Part shown: positions 8,709 through 18,372 of the stretch, piece after piece | Layout of the letters: each line of letters opens with the position of its first letter | How positions within the stretch are numbered: the first letter of the stretch is position 1 | Source of the DNA: an uncultured Acetobacteraceae bacterium | GTDB lineage: Bacteria > Pseudomonadota > Alphaproteobacteria > Acetobacterales > Acetobacteraceae | Direction: 5' to 3' | Length of the DNA stretch: 64,000 nucleotides | Assembly: GCA_964247725.1 (NCBI GenBank) | Contig: CAXTVM010000002.1 | Location: 30,876 to 94,875 of the forward strand | Notes under the pieces: generated by a model | The model's database searches: none | Told to the model about the DNA's origin: nothing | The model's input: only the letters and a program-made list of their open reading frames with translations | Position numbers and translations under genes: made by a program

Positions 8709-10087
8709 TGAGGGCCGCCCGGGCGTGGCAGGCCGCCGCCCTTCGGGCGATGACGGTGTTGGCGCTGGCCTGTCCGCTGTTCCTGCTGCACGGGCGCGGC
8801 ATTGCCGAGGCGGTGATCGACCTCGTCGCCGGCCTGTTTCTGGGATGGTCGTGGCTCGGCCGCGACTGGAGCTGGCTGCGGCTGGGCTGGATGCGGTGCG
8901 CGCTGGCCTGGTGGGGCTGGCTGGTGGTGTGCTCGGTGCCGGTTGGGCCGCTCGGCATCGGCGGCTGGGCCGGGCTGCTGCAGGCGGTGGCGGTGCTGCG
9001 GCTGCCGCTGTTCGTGGCGGCGCTGCAGCACTGCGTGCTGGCGCAGGCGGCGCCGCGTCGATGGATGCGCGGCCTGCTGGCGGCGGCCTGCCTCTATCTG
9101 CTGGCGCAGATGCTGCTGCAGGCGGTGACCGGCGCCAACCTGTTCGGCATGCCCCGGTTCCCGGACGGCACCCTGACCGGGCCGTACGACAAGCCGCGCG
9201 CCGCGGCGCCGCTGTCGCGGCTGCTGCTGCCGGTGATGCTGGTGGCCGCGACCTGGCTGCTGCAGCGGGCGGGGCGCGCCCGCCCCGAGGCCTGGCGCTG
9301 GCTCCTGCGCGTCGTGTCGCCTCTGCCGCTGCTGCTCGGGCTCGCCGCCATGGTGTTGGCCGGGCAGCGCATGCCGCTGCTGCTGACCCTGCTCGGGCTG
9401 CTGGTGGCCGGCCTGCTGCTGCCGCGGCTGCGCGTGCCGCTGCTGGCCGCGCTGACCTCAGCGCCGCTGCTGGTGGCGGCCTCGGCGCTGGTGGCCCCGG
9501 CCGGTTTCCACCACCTGGTGATCCTGTTCGACCGGCAGATCACGCATTTCGGCCACAGCTCGTACGGTCTGATCTACACCCGCGCGCTGTCGATCGCGGC
9601 CGCCGACCCATGGACCGGGCTCGGCTTCGACGGCTTCCGCCACGGCTGTCCGGACCCCGCCTACTTCCACGACTGGCGGCCGTTCGGTCGGCCCGCGGGG
9701 CTCGGCGGCGGCGCGGCCATCTGCGTGCAGCACGCCCACAACCACTATCTGCAGGCGTTGACCGATGCCGGCGTGCTCGGGTTGGCGCTGTTCTGCGCGA
9801 TGGTGGCCGCCTGGCTCGTCGCTCTGTCGCGCGGCCTGGCGGGCCCTGCGCGCGATGCTGCCGGGGGGGCGCTGCTTGCCTGGCGGGTCGGGCTGTTCGC
9901 CTCGGTCTTCATCCACGAATGGCCGATCGCCTCGTCGAGCGCGTTCACCAACATGCCGCTCGGCGGCTGGTTCTTCCTGCTGCTGGGCATGGGGCTGGCC
10001 GAAGCGGGCGCGGCTCCCATATCCCAGCCGATTCGAGGGGCAAGGCCCCCGTCCACGACCTGCCGGAGCGAGACCGACCATGGCTGA
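8705..10087 (+). CDS. O-antigen ligase/polymerase-like (Wzy_C/WaaL) membrane protein
   Basis: Many TM segments, QRMP, IYTRALSIAAADPWTGLGFDGFR, HAHNHYLQ motif; ATGA overlap with the GT4. Confidence 0.82.
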   Translation: MMRAARAWQAAALRAMTVLALACPLFLLHGRGIAEAVIDLVAGLFLGWSWLGRDWSWLRLGWMRCALAWWGWLVVCSVPVGPLGIGGWAGLLQAVAVLRLPLFVAALQHCVLAQAAPRRWMRGLLAAACLYLLAQMLLQAVTGANLFGMPRFPDGTLTGPYDKPRAAAPLSRLLLPVMLVAATWLLQRAGRARPEAWRWLLRVVSPLPLLLGLAAMVLAGQRMPLLLTLLGLLVAGLLLPRLRVPLLAALTSAPLLVAASALVAPAGFHHLVILFDRQITHFGHSSYGLIYTRALSIAAADPWTGLGFDGFRHGCPDPAYFHDWRPFGRPAGLGGGAAICVQHAHNHYLQALTDAGVLGLALFCAMVAAWLVALSRGLAGPARDAAGGALLAWRVGLFASVFIHEWPIASSSAFTNMPLGGWFFLLLGMGLAEAGAAPISQPIRGARPPSTTCRSETDHG

Positions 10088-11054
10088 CCCAGCGACCGCC
10101 GACCTGGTGCCGGTGACCGTGCTGACCGGCTATCTCGGCGCCGGCAAGACCACGCTGCTGAACCATATCCTCACCGCGCAGCACGGTCGCAAGTATGCGG
10201 TCGTAATCAACGAGTTCGGCGAGCTCGGCGTGGACAACGACCTCGTCGTCGATGCCGACGAGGAGGTGTTCGAGATGAACAACGGCTGCATCTGCTGCAC
10301 CGTGCGCGGCGACCTGATCCGCATCTTGGGCGCGCTGATGAAACGGCGCGCGCGGTTCGACGGCATCATCGTCGAGACCACCGGCCTCGCCGACCCGGCG
10401 CCGGTGGCGCAGACCTTCTTCGTCGACGAGGAGGTCCGCTCGAAAACCAGGCTGGACGCGGTGGTGACCGTGGTCGACGCCCTCAACCTGCCGGCGCGGC
10501 TCGCCGACAGCGCCGAGGCGCGCAACCAGATCGCGTTCGCAGACGTGATCGTGCTGAACAAGACCGACCTCGTCTCCGAGGCGGACCTCGCGGCGCTGGA
10601 GGCGCGCATCCGCCGGATCAACCGCCACGTGCGGCTGCATCAGGCGGTGCGCGGCCGCGTGGCCCTGGCCGACGTGCTCGACCAGGGCGGCTTCGACCTG
10701 GCACGGGCGCTGGAGGTGGCGCCGGACTTTCTCGAGGACGACAGTCACGGCCACGACGAGGATGTCGGCAGCCTCTCCTTCACGGTGTCGGAACCGCTCG
10801 ACCAGTCGCGGTTCCAGGCCTGGATCGGCGCGCTGCTGCAGGAGCAGGGCCAGGACATCCTGCGCTCGAAGGGCATCCTCGACTTCGCCGGCGATGGGCG
10901 CCGATACGGGTTCCAGGCGGTGCACATGATGGCGGACGGCAATTTCATCGGGCCGTGGCGGGCGGACGAGCCGCGCGGCTCCCGGATCGTGTTCATCGGC
11001 CGCAACCTCAACCGGTCGCGGCTGCGTCGCGGCTTCGAGAGCTGCCGCGCCTGA
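10080..11054 (+). CDS. COG0523 / CobW-family metallochaperone GTPase
   Basis: LTGYLGAGKTT, NEFGE, GCICC, ETTG, NKTD, short His stretch, C-terminal RSKG. Confidence 0.93.
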   Translation: MADPATADLVPVTVLTGYLGAGKTTLLNHILTAQHGRKYAVVINEFGELGVDNDLVVDADEEVFEMNNGCICCTVRGDLIRILGALMKRRARFDGIIVETTGLADPAPVAQTFFVDEEVRSKTRLDAVVTVVDALNLPARLADSAEARNQIAFADVIVLNKTDLVSEADLAALEARIRRINRHVRLHQAVRGRVALADVLDQGGFDLARALEVAPDFLEDDSHGHDEDVGSLSFTVSEPLDQSRFQAWIGALLQEQGQDILRSKGILDFAGDGRRYGFQAVHMMADGNFIGPWRADEPRGSRIVFIGRNLNRSRLRRGFESCRA

Positions 11055-12133
11055 TGGCGGGGCCGGGGGCCGCGATGCCGGCAGCACTTGCCGATCCGGA
11101 CCAGCTGCTGCGCGGCCGCGGCGACAGCCGGACCGTCGACGGGCACGTCATCGCGTGCGCCGCCTCGCGGGACGGCCGACTGGCCGCGTTCGCCACCGGC
11201 GAGGGCGAGCTGCATCTGGCGTCGCTGCAGCCGGGCGAGGATGGCTGGCGCTGCATCGCCGTGCATGACGGCGCGCTGCTGTCGCTCGCCGCCGACGTCC
11301 GGCCCGGCGGCTTCGTCACCGGCGGCGACGACAACGCGCTCCGCCGCATCGACGGCGACACCGGCGCGGTCGTCCGGCTCGGCCAGGGGCGGCGCTGGGT
11401 CGAGCACGTCGCGAGCCACGCGGACGGCCGGCACCCTGGGCGCGGGCTGATCGCCGCCGCGGCTGGCCGGCAGGTCGAGCTGCGCGACGCCGACGGCATC
11501 CTGCTGAAGACGCTCGATCACGACAGCACGGTGTCGGGCCTCGCCTTCGATGCCAAGGGCAAGCGCCTCGCCGCTTCGCACTACGGCGGTGCCTCGCTGT
11601 GGTTCACCGCGTCGACGAGCAGCAGCCTGCGCCGCCTGGAGTGGAAGGGCAGCCATGTCGGCGTGGTCCTGCATCCGGACGGCGAGGCGCTGGTGACGGC
11701 GATGCAGGAGAACGAGCTGCACGGCTGGCGCCTCGCCGACGGCCACACCATGCGCATGAGCGGCTATCCGCAGAAGACGCAGTCGCTGGCGTTCTCGCGC
11801 AATGGCCGCTGGCTCGCCAGCAGCGGCGCCGAGGCGGTGGTGCTGTGGCCGTTCCACGGCGGCGGCCCGATGGGCCGGGCACCCACGGAGCTGGCCGGGG
11901 TGGCGAACTCGGTCTGCACCCGGGTTGCCTGTCATCCTCAGCACGACATCGTCGCCGCCGGCTTCGACGACGGCACCGTGCTGATGTCCGACATCGCGAC
12001 GCGCCGGGTGTTGCCGGTCTGCGACGCGGGCGGGGGGGCGGTGACGGCGCTGGCGTTCGGCGGCGGCGGATCGTGGCTGGTGTTCGGGACCGCCGCCGGC
12101 CGCATCGCGCGGATCGATCTGTCGGCACGCTGA
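11054..12133 (+). CDS. WD40/beta-propeller repeat protein
   Basis: Repeats such as VSGLAFDAKGKRLAAS, SLAFSRNGRWLASSG, VAAGFDDG; TGATG-coupled to the COG0523 gene. Confidence 0.85.
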   Translation: MAGPGAAMPAALADPDQLLRGRGDSRTVDGHVIACAASRDGRLAAFATGEGELHLASLQPGEDGWRCIAVHDGALLSLAADVRPGGFVTGGDDNALRRIDGDTGAVVRLGQGRRWVEHVASHADGRHPGRGLIAAAAGRQVELRDADGILLKTLDHDSTVSGLAFDAKGKRLAASHYGGASLWFTASTSSSLRRLEWKGSHVGVVLHPDGEALVTAMQENELHGWRLADGHTMRMSGYPQKTQSLAFSRNGRWLASSGAEAVVLWPFHGGGPMGRAPTELAGVANSVCTRVACHPQHDIVAAGFDDGTVLMSDIATRRVLPVCDAGGGAVTALAFGGGGSWLVFGTAAGRIARIDLSAR

Positions 12134-12344
12134 CGCTGGAAAACGACCGGCAGCGTATTTCGTTACTGAAAATCTCATGAACACGCTACGGTCTCAAATA
12201 TTAGCTGCTTTTCAAGTTTGTTTTATTGTTCTTTAATAACTTGGTAGAAGTTCAGGGAGAACGGGGGACACACTGGTGGCGCTGTATGGATGACCGATGA
12301 CCGGTCTCGCAAAAGCGCGACAGCCCAACAATCAGGACCGCACC

Positions 12345-13319
12345 ATGACCTTCATCAGCAACCGGACGAGGCGGATCGACCAGGCTGGCCTCGGTTCAGC
12401 GGAGAATGCTTCCCATCGACCGGTGTCGGACCGGCCGGCCCAGGCCATGGAGCTTCGTCACCTCGACTACTTTCAGAACAACTACGAAGCCGACATGCGG
12501 ATCTTCTGGAGCATGATCCAGCTCCGGCACGGCAACGCGCGCATGACGGTGCCATTCCTGCACGACGTGCTGGCGATCCAAGGCATGGTTGCGCAGCTTC
12601 GGACCGAGCAGATCACGCTCGGACGTGATCCCGTACAATACGTCGTCTTCGGCTCGGACATTCCCGGCATCTACAGCCTCGGCGGCGATCTCGCGCTGTT
12701 CGCAGACCGTATCCGTATGCGAGATCGCGACGCTCTTGCGGCGTATGCCCATCTCTGCATCGACGTCGTCTACACCAATCACGTGGCGTTCGATCTGCCA
12801 ATCGTCACCATCGGCCTGGTGCAGGGCGATGCGCTCGGTGGCGGCTTCGAGGGCGCGCTGTCCTACGATGTCCTGGTAGCCGAGCGCAGCGCCAAGCTCG
12901 GGTTGCCGGAAGTGCTGTTCAACCTGTTCCCCGGGATGGGCGCCTACAGTTTCCTCTCGCGCAAGCTGGGCTCGGCCGGTGCGGAGGCGATGATCATGTC
13001 GGGCCGGATCTACACCGGCGCCGAGCTGCATGCGATGGGCGTGGTCGACGTGCTCGCCGAGGATGGCGAGGGCGAGGATGCGGTCAGGGATTACGTGGCT
13101 CGTAACAACCGCAAGTTCAACACCCAACAGGCGCTGCTGCGGACGCGCCGACGGGTCGCGCCGATCACCGACGCCGAGTTGCGGGACGTGGTCGAGATCT
13201 GGGTCGATGCGGCGATGCGTCTGGGCGAGGCGGATCTGCGCAAGATGGACCGGCTGATGTCGGCGCAACGACGTCGATTGGCTGCGATGGAGCCTGCGCA
13301 TGCGGTGGCGGCCGAGTAG
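12345..13319 (+). CDS. rpfF: RpfF-type crotonase (diffusible signal factor synthase); alternative start 12297
   Basis: YSLGGDLALF, LVQGDALGGGFEGALS (first catalytic Glu), LPEVLFNLFPGMGAYSFL (second catalytic Glu), ELRDVVEIWVDAA. Confidence 0.88.
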   Translation: MTFISNRTRRIDQAGLGSAENASHRPVSDRPAQAMELRHLDYFQNNYEADMRIFWSMIQLRHGNARMTVPFLHDVLAIQGMVAQLRTEQITLGRDPVQYVVFGSDIPGIYSLGGDLALFADRIRMRDRDALAAYAHLCIDVVYTNHVAFDLPIVTIGLVQGDALGGGFEGALSYDVLVAERSAKLGLPEVLFNLFPGMGAYSFLSRKLGSAGAEAMIMSGRIYTGAELHAMGVVDVLAEDGEGEDAVRDYVARNNRKFNTQQALLRTRRRVAPITDAELRDVVEIWVDAAMRLGEADLRKMDRLMSAQRRRLAAMEPAHAVAAE

Positions 13320-13360
13320 GTCCGCTGGCTTGATCCGCCGGCCGCGGAGTAAGCACGGGT

Positions 13361-15940
13361 TCAGTGTCGCCGGAAGCTGGACTGGAGCCGATCCGGTTGA
13401 GCTTTCGGAGGCATCGTGGCCATCGAGGTCGTGCTGCTCCGGAGCCGACGCAGCTCATCCGACAGGCGTCCGGCCAGGGCGACACCACGGCTGGACAGCT
13501 CGGTCGCGCGGACGTCGCGACAGGCGCTGCACAGCTCCTGGATGGCGGCTGCGCCGATGTTCGCGGCGCAGCTTCTCAGCGCATGGGTTTGGTTGCGGAA
13601 CTCCGCGAGATCCGTCCCGCGCGCGGCGTCCGCGATGCCGGCTATGAGCTCTCCGGCATCGATGGCGAAACTTTCTACGAGCTCATCCAGGAATTCGCGG
13701 CCTCCCAGATCCGTGAGGTTCTGCATGATCTGCTGATCGAACACCGGATGCAGATCGGACGTCAGGTCGCGGGACACCTCATCCCGATCGGGCGTGACCG
13801 GCCGGGCGGTCTTTTGCGCGAGCCGCTCCAGGGTCGCTGCGAGCGTGAAGACCTGGACCGGCTTGGTCAGGCACATGGTCATCCCGGCCTCGTGACACGC
13901 CTGCTCCATCTCGGGCGTCGCGTCCGCAGTCAGGGCGACGATTGGGATGGCAGGTTCGCCCAGCTCGGCGAAGCGATACAGCTTGGTGGCCTCGATACCC
14001 GACATGACGGGCATGTTCACGTCCATCAGGACGATGTCGAAGCGTTCCTGTTCGAGCGCGTCGAGGACGGCCGATCCGTCCTTGACCAGCCGCATCGTAT
14101 GGCCAGCCCGTTCCAGCACGCGTGCTACCACGCGCAGGTTGATGTCGTTGTCGTCGGCGACCAGCACATGTAGAGGACCCACGGCGACCGCCGGCGTAGG
14201 AGGCGACGCATCCGTCCCATCGCGCAGCTCCGGCCGTCCCGCAACCGTGCGCACGGCGAGGCGCAGCTCGGCGTCGCTGGCCTGGCGGTCGAGCCAGGTC
14301 CCGACACGGCGCCGGAACGACATCTCCGCAGGCCGCCTGCCAAGCCCTGCCGCGTCGACGACGGCGATCACCGGATGGTCGCCAAACGATCCCAGGAAGT
14401 CGTCGGTCGCCGGGTCCAGCGTCATGTCCGGTGTCACCCGCTCGCGCTGCAGCAGCAGCAGTGACCGCACCGACGATCGCGGCGGATTATGCAATCGGAA
14501 CAGGGCGTCCTGCTCGTCCTCGGCTTGCTCGGCGGCCAGGCCGAGCGCATCCATCCGCCGCCGCATGCGGCTGACCAGGAGCGCGTCCTCGAACAGGAGC
14601 ACGATTCGGATGTCGCTGATCGAGCGGTCGGGCCGGCCGGCCGCTTCGGCGTCGTCCCCGGCTGTTGTGCCGGTCTCGCACTCGATGTCAAACCAGAACG
14701 TGCTGCCGCTGCCGGGCAAGCTGTCGACGGCGATCTCGCCGCCCATCAGCGTCACCAGCTGACGGGCGATCGACAGGCCGAGGCCGGTGCCGCCGAAACG
14801 GTCGATGATGGTCGGCTCGGCCTGCGTGAAGCTGTCGAAGATGCGCTCGCGCGCTTCCGGCGCGATGCCGATGCCGGTGTCGGCGACCTCGAAGCGCAGG
14901 CGCTGTCGCGCGGCACCGATCTCGTGGGCATCGACGGACACGGTGACCTGGCCGTCCGACGTGAACTTGATCGCGTTGCTGACGAGGTTGAGCAGCACCT
15001 CGTAGAGGTGGCGCCGGTCCGAGACGATCACCGGCGCCACCCGCGGCGTGACGTGGAACCGCAGCCGCAGCACCTTCAGGCGCGCCTGCGGCGCCAGCAG
15101 CTCGCGGATGTCGGCGAGCAGGTCCGGCAGGTCGAGCGGCTCCAGCCGCACCGGCATCCGGTTGGCCTCGATCCGGGAGAGATCCAGGACGCCGCCGATC
15201 AGCGACAGCAGGGCCCGCGTGCCGACGCCGAGCGCGTCGGTCAGTTCGCGCTGCTCCGGCCCCAGCTGCGTGCCGCGCAGCAGCGAGGTCGAGCCGACGA
15301 TGGCGTTCAGCGGCGTGCGCAGCTCGTGGCTGACGTTGGCAAGGAACCGGCTCTTTGCTCGATTGGCCTCCTCGGCAACGCGCTTGGCTTCGGACAGCTT
15401 GCGGATCAGGCTGCCGGCATAGGCGGGCAGGATCAGCAGGGCCAGCAGCAGGCCGGTCGAGAGCAGCGGCTGCTGCCGCCAATAGACGGTCGACCCGATG
15501 ACCAGCCCAAAGCCCGCAAGCGCGATGCTCATGGCAATGAACAGGTAGGCCAGTCCAAAACGGAAGCCGTTGCCGAAGATGATCCACAGGTAGATGGGAT
15601 AGAACACGGCGTTGGTCTGGCCGTTCAGGTGCAGCTCGATGGAGAGCGCCGCGAGGTCGGCGACGAGAGCCAAGATCCGGCGGGGATGACTGGCAGCCGG
15701 CCAGAGCTGGACCGCGGCAACCGTCAGGATGCCGAACAGGCCGTAGGCGATGCACATGATCTTCGTCAGGACGGGTTCCGGCTGCGGCGTGAGGCCGAGA
15801 TAGACCGCGATCAGTCCGAAGAAGGCGAGCCGGTTGAGCGCCGTCTCGTGCTCGAGGTCCGGGCGCGCGTCCAGGCGGCCGCGCACGCGGAGCCGCAGCG
15901 CCTGCAAGGCCACACGGAGCGTGGACCGGGCGTCAGCCAA
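13361..15940 (-). CDS. rpfC: RpfC-like hybrid sensor kinase (multi-TM, HisKA, HATPase, degenerate REC-like region, REC, HPt)
   Basis: N-terminal DLEHETALNRL and YLWIIFGNGFRFG resemble the RpfC sensor region as I recall it; H-box SHELRTPLNAI; GGTGLGLSI; REC LMDVNMP; HPt HALRSCAANIGA; convergent with rpfF. Confidence 0.85.
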   Translation of the reverse strand: MADARSTLRVALQALRLRVRGRLDARPDLEHETALNRLAFFGLIAVYLGLTPQPEPVLTKIMCIAYGLFGILTVAAVQLWPAASHPRRILALVADLAALSIELHLNGQTNAVFYPIYLWIIFGNGFRFGLAYLFIAMSIALAGFGLVIGSTVYWRQQPLLSTGLLLALLILPAYAGSLIRKLSEAKRVAEEANRAKSRFLANVSHELRTPLNAIVGSTSLLRGTQLGPEQRELTDALGVGTRALLSLIGGVLDLSRIEANRMPVRLEPLDLPDLLADIRELLAPQARLKVLRLRFHVTPRVAPVIVSDRRHLYEVLLNLVSNAIKFTSDGQVTVSVDAHEIGAARQRLRFEVADTGIGIAPEARERIFDSFTQAEPTIIDRFGGTGLGLSIARQLVTLMGGEIAVDSLPGSGSTFWFDIECETGTTAGDDAEAAGRPDRSISDIRIVLLFEDALLVSRMRRRMDALGLAAEQAEDEQDALFRLHNPPRSSVRSLLLLQRERVTPDMTLDPATDDFLGSFGDHPVIAVVDAAGLGRRPAEMSFRRRVGTWLDRQASDAELRLAVRTVAGRPELRDGTDASPPTPAVAVGPLHVLVADDNDINLRVVARVLERAGHTMRLVKDGSAVLDALEQERFDIVLMDVNMPVMSGIEATKLYRFAELGEPAIPIVALTADATPEMEQACHEAGMTMCLTKPVQVFTLAATLERLAQKTARPVTPDRDEVSRDLTSDLHPVFDQQIMQNLTDLGGREFLDELVESFAIDAGELIAGIADAARGTDLAEFRNQTHALRSCAANIGAAAIQELCSACRDVRATELSSRGVALAGRLSDELRRLRSSTTSMATMPPKAQPDRLQSSFRRH

Positions 15941-18098
15941 CGTCGGCGTACCGCGGCTCGTGGCGCAGCATCTCGATCAGCTCGGCCAGCTGCAGCGGCC
16001 GGCTGAAGTAGAAGCCCTGGATCTCGTCGCAGCCCTCACCGGCTAGGTGAGTCAGCTGCTCGACGGTCTCGACGCCCTCGGCCACCACCGTCATCTGCAG
16101 CTCGTGGGCAAGGCTGATGATCGCCTTCACGATCGCGGCGTCGTTGGGATCGGTCAGCAGGTTGCGGACGAAGGACTGGTCGATCTTGAGCCGGTTGACC
16201 GGCAGGTTCTTCACGTGGCTCAGAAACGAGTAGCCGATACCGAAATCGTCGATCGCGACGCGCACGCCGAGCAGCCGCAGCTCCTTCAGCACCGCGGCGG
16301 CGGCGGCCAGGTCATCCACCAACTCGTGCTCGGTCAGCTCCAGCTCGAGTAGGGATGGGTCGAGCCTGGTCTCGGCCAGTACCGCGGTGATCATCTGACG
16401 GGTGCGCTCGGTGCCGACATGGACCGGCGACAGGTTGACGCCGACCTGGACCGGGGCAAGCCCGGGCCGTTGCCATTGCAGCGCATCGGTGCAGGCGCGC
16501 CGCAACGCCCAGGCGTCGATCTCCGCGATCAGCCCCTCGGCCAGCGGCAGGAACGCGCCCGGCCCCAGCAGCCCGTCGGTCGGGTGGTTCCATCGGATCA
16601 GGGCCTCGACGCCGGCGATGCGGCCGGTCGCCAGGTTCATCTGCGGCTGGTAGTACAGCACGAGTTCGTCCCGGCGCAGCGCCTGGCGGAGCTGCTGGCG
16701 CAGATGCAGGGTGCGGCTGACGCGCGTGTTCATGTCGTTGACGAAGAAGCGGTAGCTGTTCCGGCCGTCGAGCTTGGCCTGGTACATCGCGAGGTCGGCG
16801 TTGCGCAGCAGCTCTTCGGGCTCGGTGCCGTCGCCCGGCGACAGGGTGATGCCGATGCTGCCGCTGATAGAGATCTCCTGGCCGCCGTGCAGCGACGGCT
16901 GGCTGATGCGCTCGATGATGGCGGCGGCGAGCTGGGCGGCTTGGTCGGGGTGTTCGATCTGGGTTTGCAGGATCGCGAACTCGTCTCCGCCGATGCGGGC
17001 GACGGTGGCGTTGCCGTCGACGCTGGCCACCAGCCGGGCTCCGACCTCCTTCAGCAGCATGTCGCCGAAATGGTGGCCCATCTGGTCGTTGACCGCCTTG
17101 AAGCGGTCGAGGTCGAGGAAGTGCAGTGCCAACGACCGGCCGTTGCGACCATGGCGTGCCAGGCGGTGCTGCAGCCGCTCGCGCAGCAGCAGGCGGTTCG
17201 GCAAGTCGGTCAGCCCGTCATGGCTGGCGACATGCTGCAGGTGCCGCTCGGCGAGCTTGCGGTCGGTGATGTCGAGCGAGGTGGTCAGCACGCTGGCGAC
17301 GGTGCCGGCGCCGTCCCGCAGCGGCGACTTCGTGGTCAGCAGGATGCGGCGATCCCCACGCGGGTCGACCACCTCCTGCTCGAACGCCGGCAGCGGCTTG
17401 CCGCTGCGGAACACCAGCAGGTCGAGCGAGCGGCTGCGCCGTTGGTAGTCGTCGCCGAACACCGGGCAGCCGTTGACGGGCGCCGACGCCGGCCGGGGCC
17501 GCGTCATTAGCGGGGCCTGGAGCGAGGTCTGGAGCGAGGCCTGAGACGCATTGACGAACACGATCTCGCCGTCCCGGTCGGTGGCGCTGATGAAGGCGGG
17601 CACGGTGTCGATCACCTGCGCCAGCGCCTCACGGCTGTCACGCACCAGCTTCTCGCGCGACAGCTCGCTGTTCTGCAGCTCGAGCTCAAGCTCGCGGGCG
17701 CGTGCCTGGATGATGCGGTGCTGGCGGTGCATGCGCAGCAGGTTGCGGCCGCGGGTCGTGAACTCGGCGTGGTCGATCGGGCTGCGCAGGAAGTCGGTGG
17801 CTCCCGCCTCCAGCGCCTGCAGGCGGAACGAGCGGTCGTCGTAGGCGGTGATGACGACGACCGGGATATCCACGCATTTCGGCTGCAAGCGCAGGCTGCG
17901 GGTGAACTCGGCGCCGTCCAGATGGGGCATCTTGAAGTCGGTGATGACGAGGTCAGCCTCATTTGCGGCGAGCCAGGCCAGTGCCGCCCGCGGATCGTCG
18001 AAGGTGACGACGCCGGCGCCGGTCTCGAGCGACTCCGACAACCGGGCATAGATGTTCCGATTGGTCAGGCGGTCATCGAGGATGACGATCAGGGACAT
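15933..18098 (-). CDS. Response regulator REC-PAS-GGDEF-EAL (c-di-GMP turnover)
   Basis: Start MSLIVILDD at 18098; ITDFKMP; PAS/PAC TTKSPLRD; GGDEF intact; VEALIRW and IDDFGIGYS; overlaps the rpfC start by 8 nt. Confidence 0.92.
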   Translation of the reverse strand: MSLIVILDDRLTNRNIYARLSESLETGAGVVTFDDPRAALAWLAANEADLVITDFKMPHLDGAEFTRSLRLQPKCVDIPVVVITAYDDRSFRLQALEAGATDFLRSPIDHAEFTTRGRNLLRMHRQHRIIQARARELELELQNSELSREKLVRDSREALAQVIDTVPAFISATDRDGEIVFVNASQASLQTSLQAPLMTRPRPASAPVNGCPVFGDDYQRRSRSLDLLVFRSGKPLPAFEQEVVDPRGDRRILLTTKSPLRDGAGTVASVLTTSLDITDRKLAERHLQHVASHDGLTDLPNRLLLRERLQHRLARHGRNGRSLALHFLDLDRFKAVNDQMGHHFGDMLLKEVGARLVASVDGNATVARIGGDEFAILQTQIEHPDQAAQLAAAIIERISQPSLHGGQEISISGSIGITLSPGDGTEPEELLRNADLAMYQAKLDGRNSYRFFVNDMNTRVSRTLHLRQQLRQALRRDELVLYYQPQMNLATGRIAGVEALIRWNHPTDGLLGPGAFLPLAEGLIAEIDAWALRRACTDALQWQRPGLAPVQVGVNLSPVHVGTERTRQMITAVLAETRLDPSLLELELTEHELVDDLAAAAAVLKELRLLGVRVAIDDFGIGYSFLSHVKNLPVNRLKIDQSFVRNLLTDPNDAAIVKAIISLAHELQMTVVAEGVETVEQLTHLAGEGCDEIQGFYFSRPLQLAELIEMLRHEPRYADVG

Positions 18099-18288
18099 GG
18101 AAGGCGGGCATCTCGCGGATGGACAGGACGATGGCGGCTGCGGCGAGCCGGCACGATCCCGGTTCCACGCCGCGAGCGTATCGCGTCTCCGTTCAAGGTC
18201 CCAAACCATTCACGCCGGGGATCGTGCCCACGACGGTGTGGCGGAGGGCATCCGAGCCTTGAAACCCAACGCACCGCAAGCTCGACAT

Positions 18289-18303
18289 GTTCCCTATCCG
18301 TTC
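18289..18303 (+). promoter_or_regulatory. Alphaproteobacterial LexA (SOS) box abutting a TTGACG -35 element
   Basis: GTTC-CCTATCC-GTTC exactly matches GTTC-N7-GTTC; followed immediately by TTGACG at 18304. Confidence 0.75.
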
Positions 18304-18372
18304 TTGACGGGAATCGGGTTGGCCCTCTAGCGTGCCGGTGGCGATCGCCATCGGTCGCCGGGGGAGTTCAGC

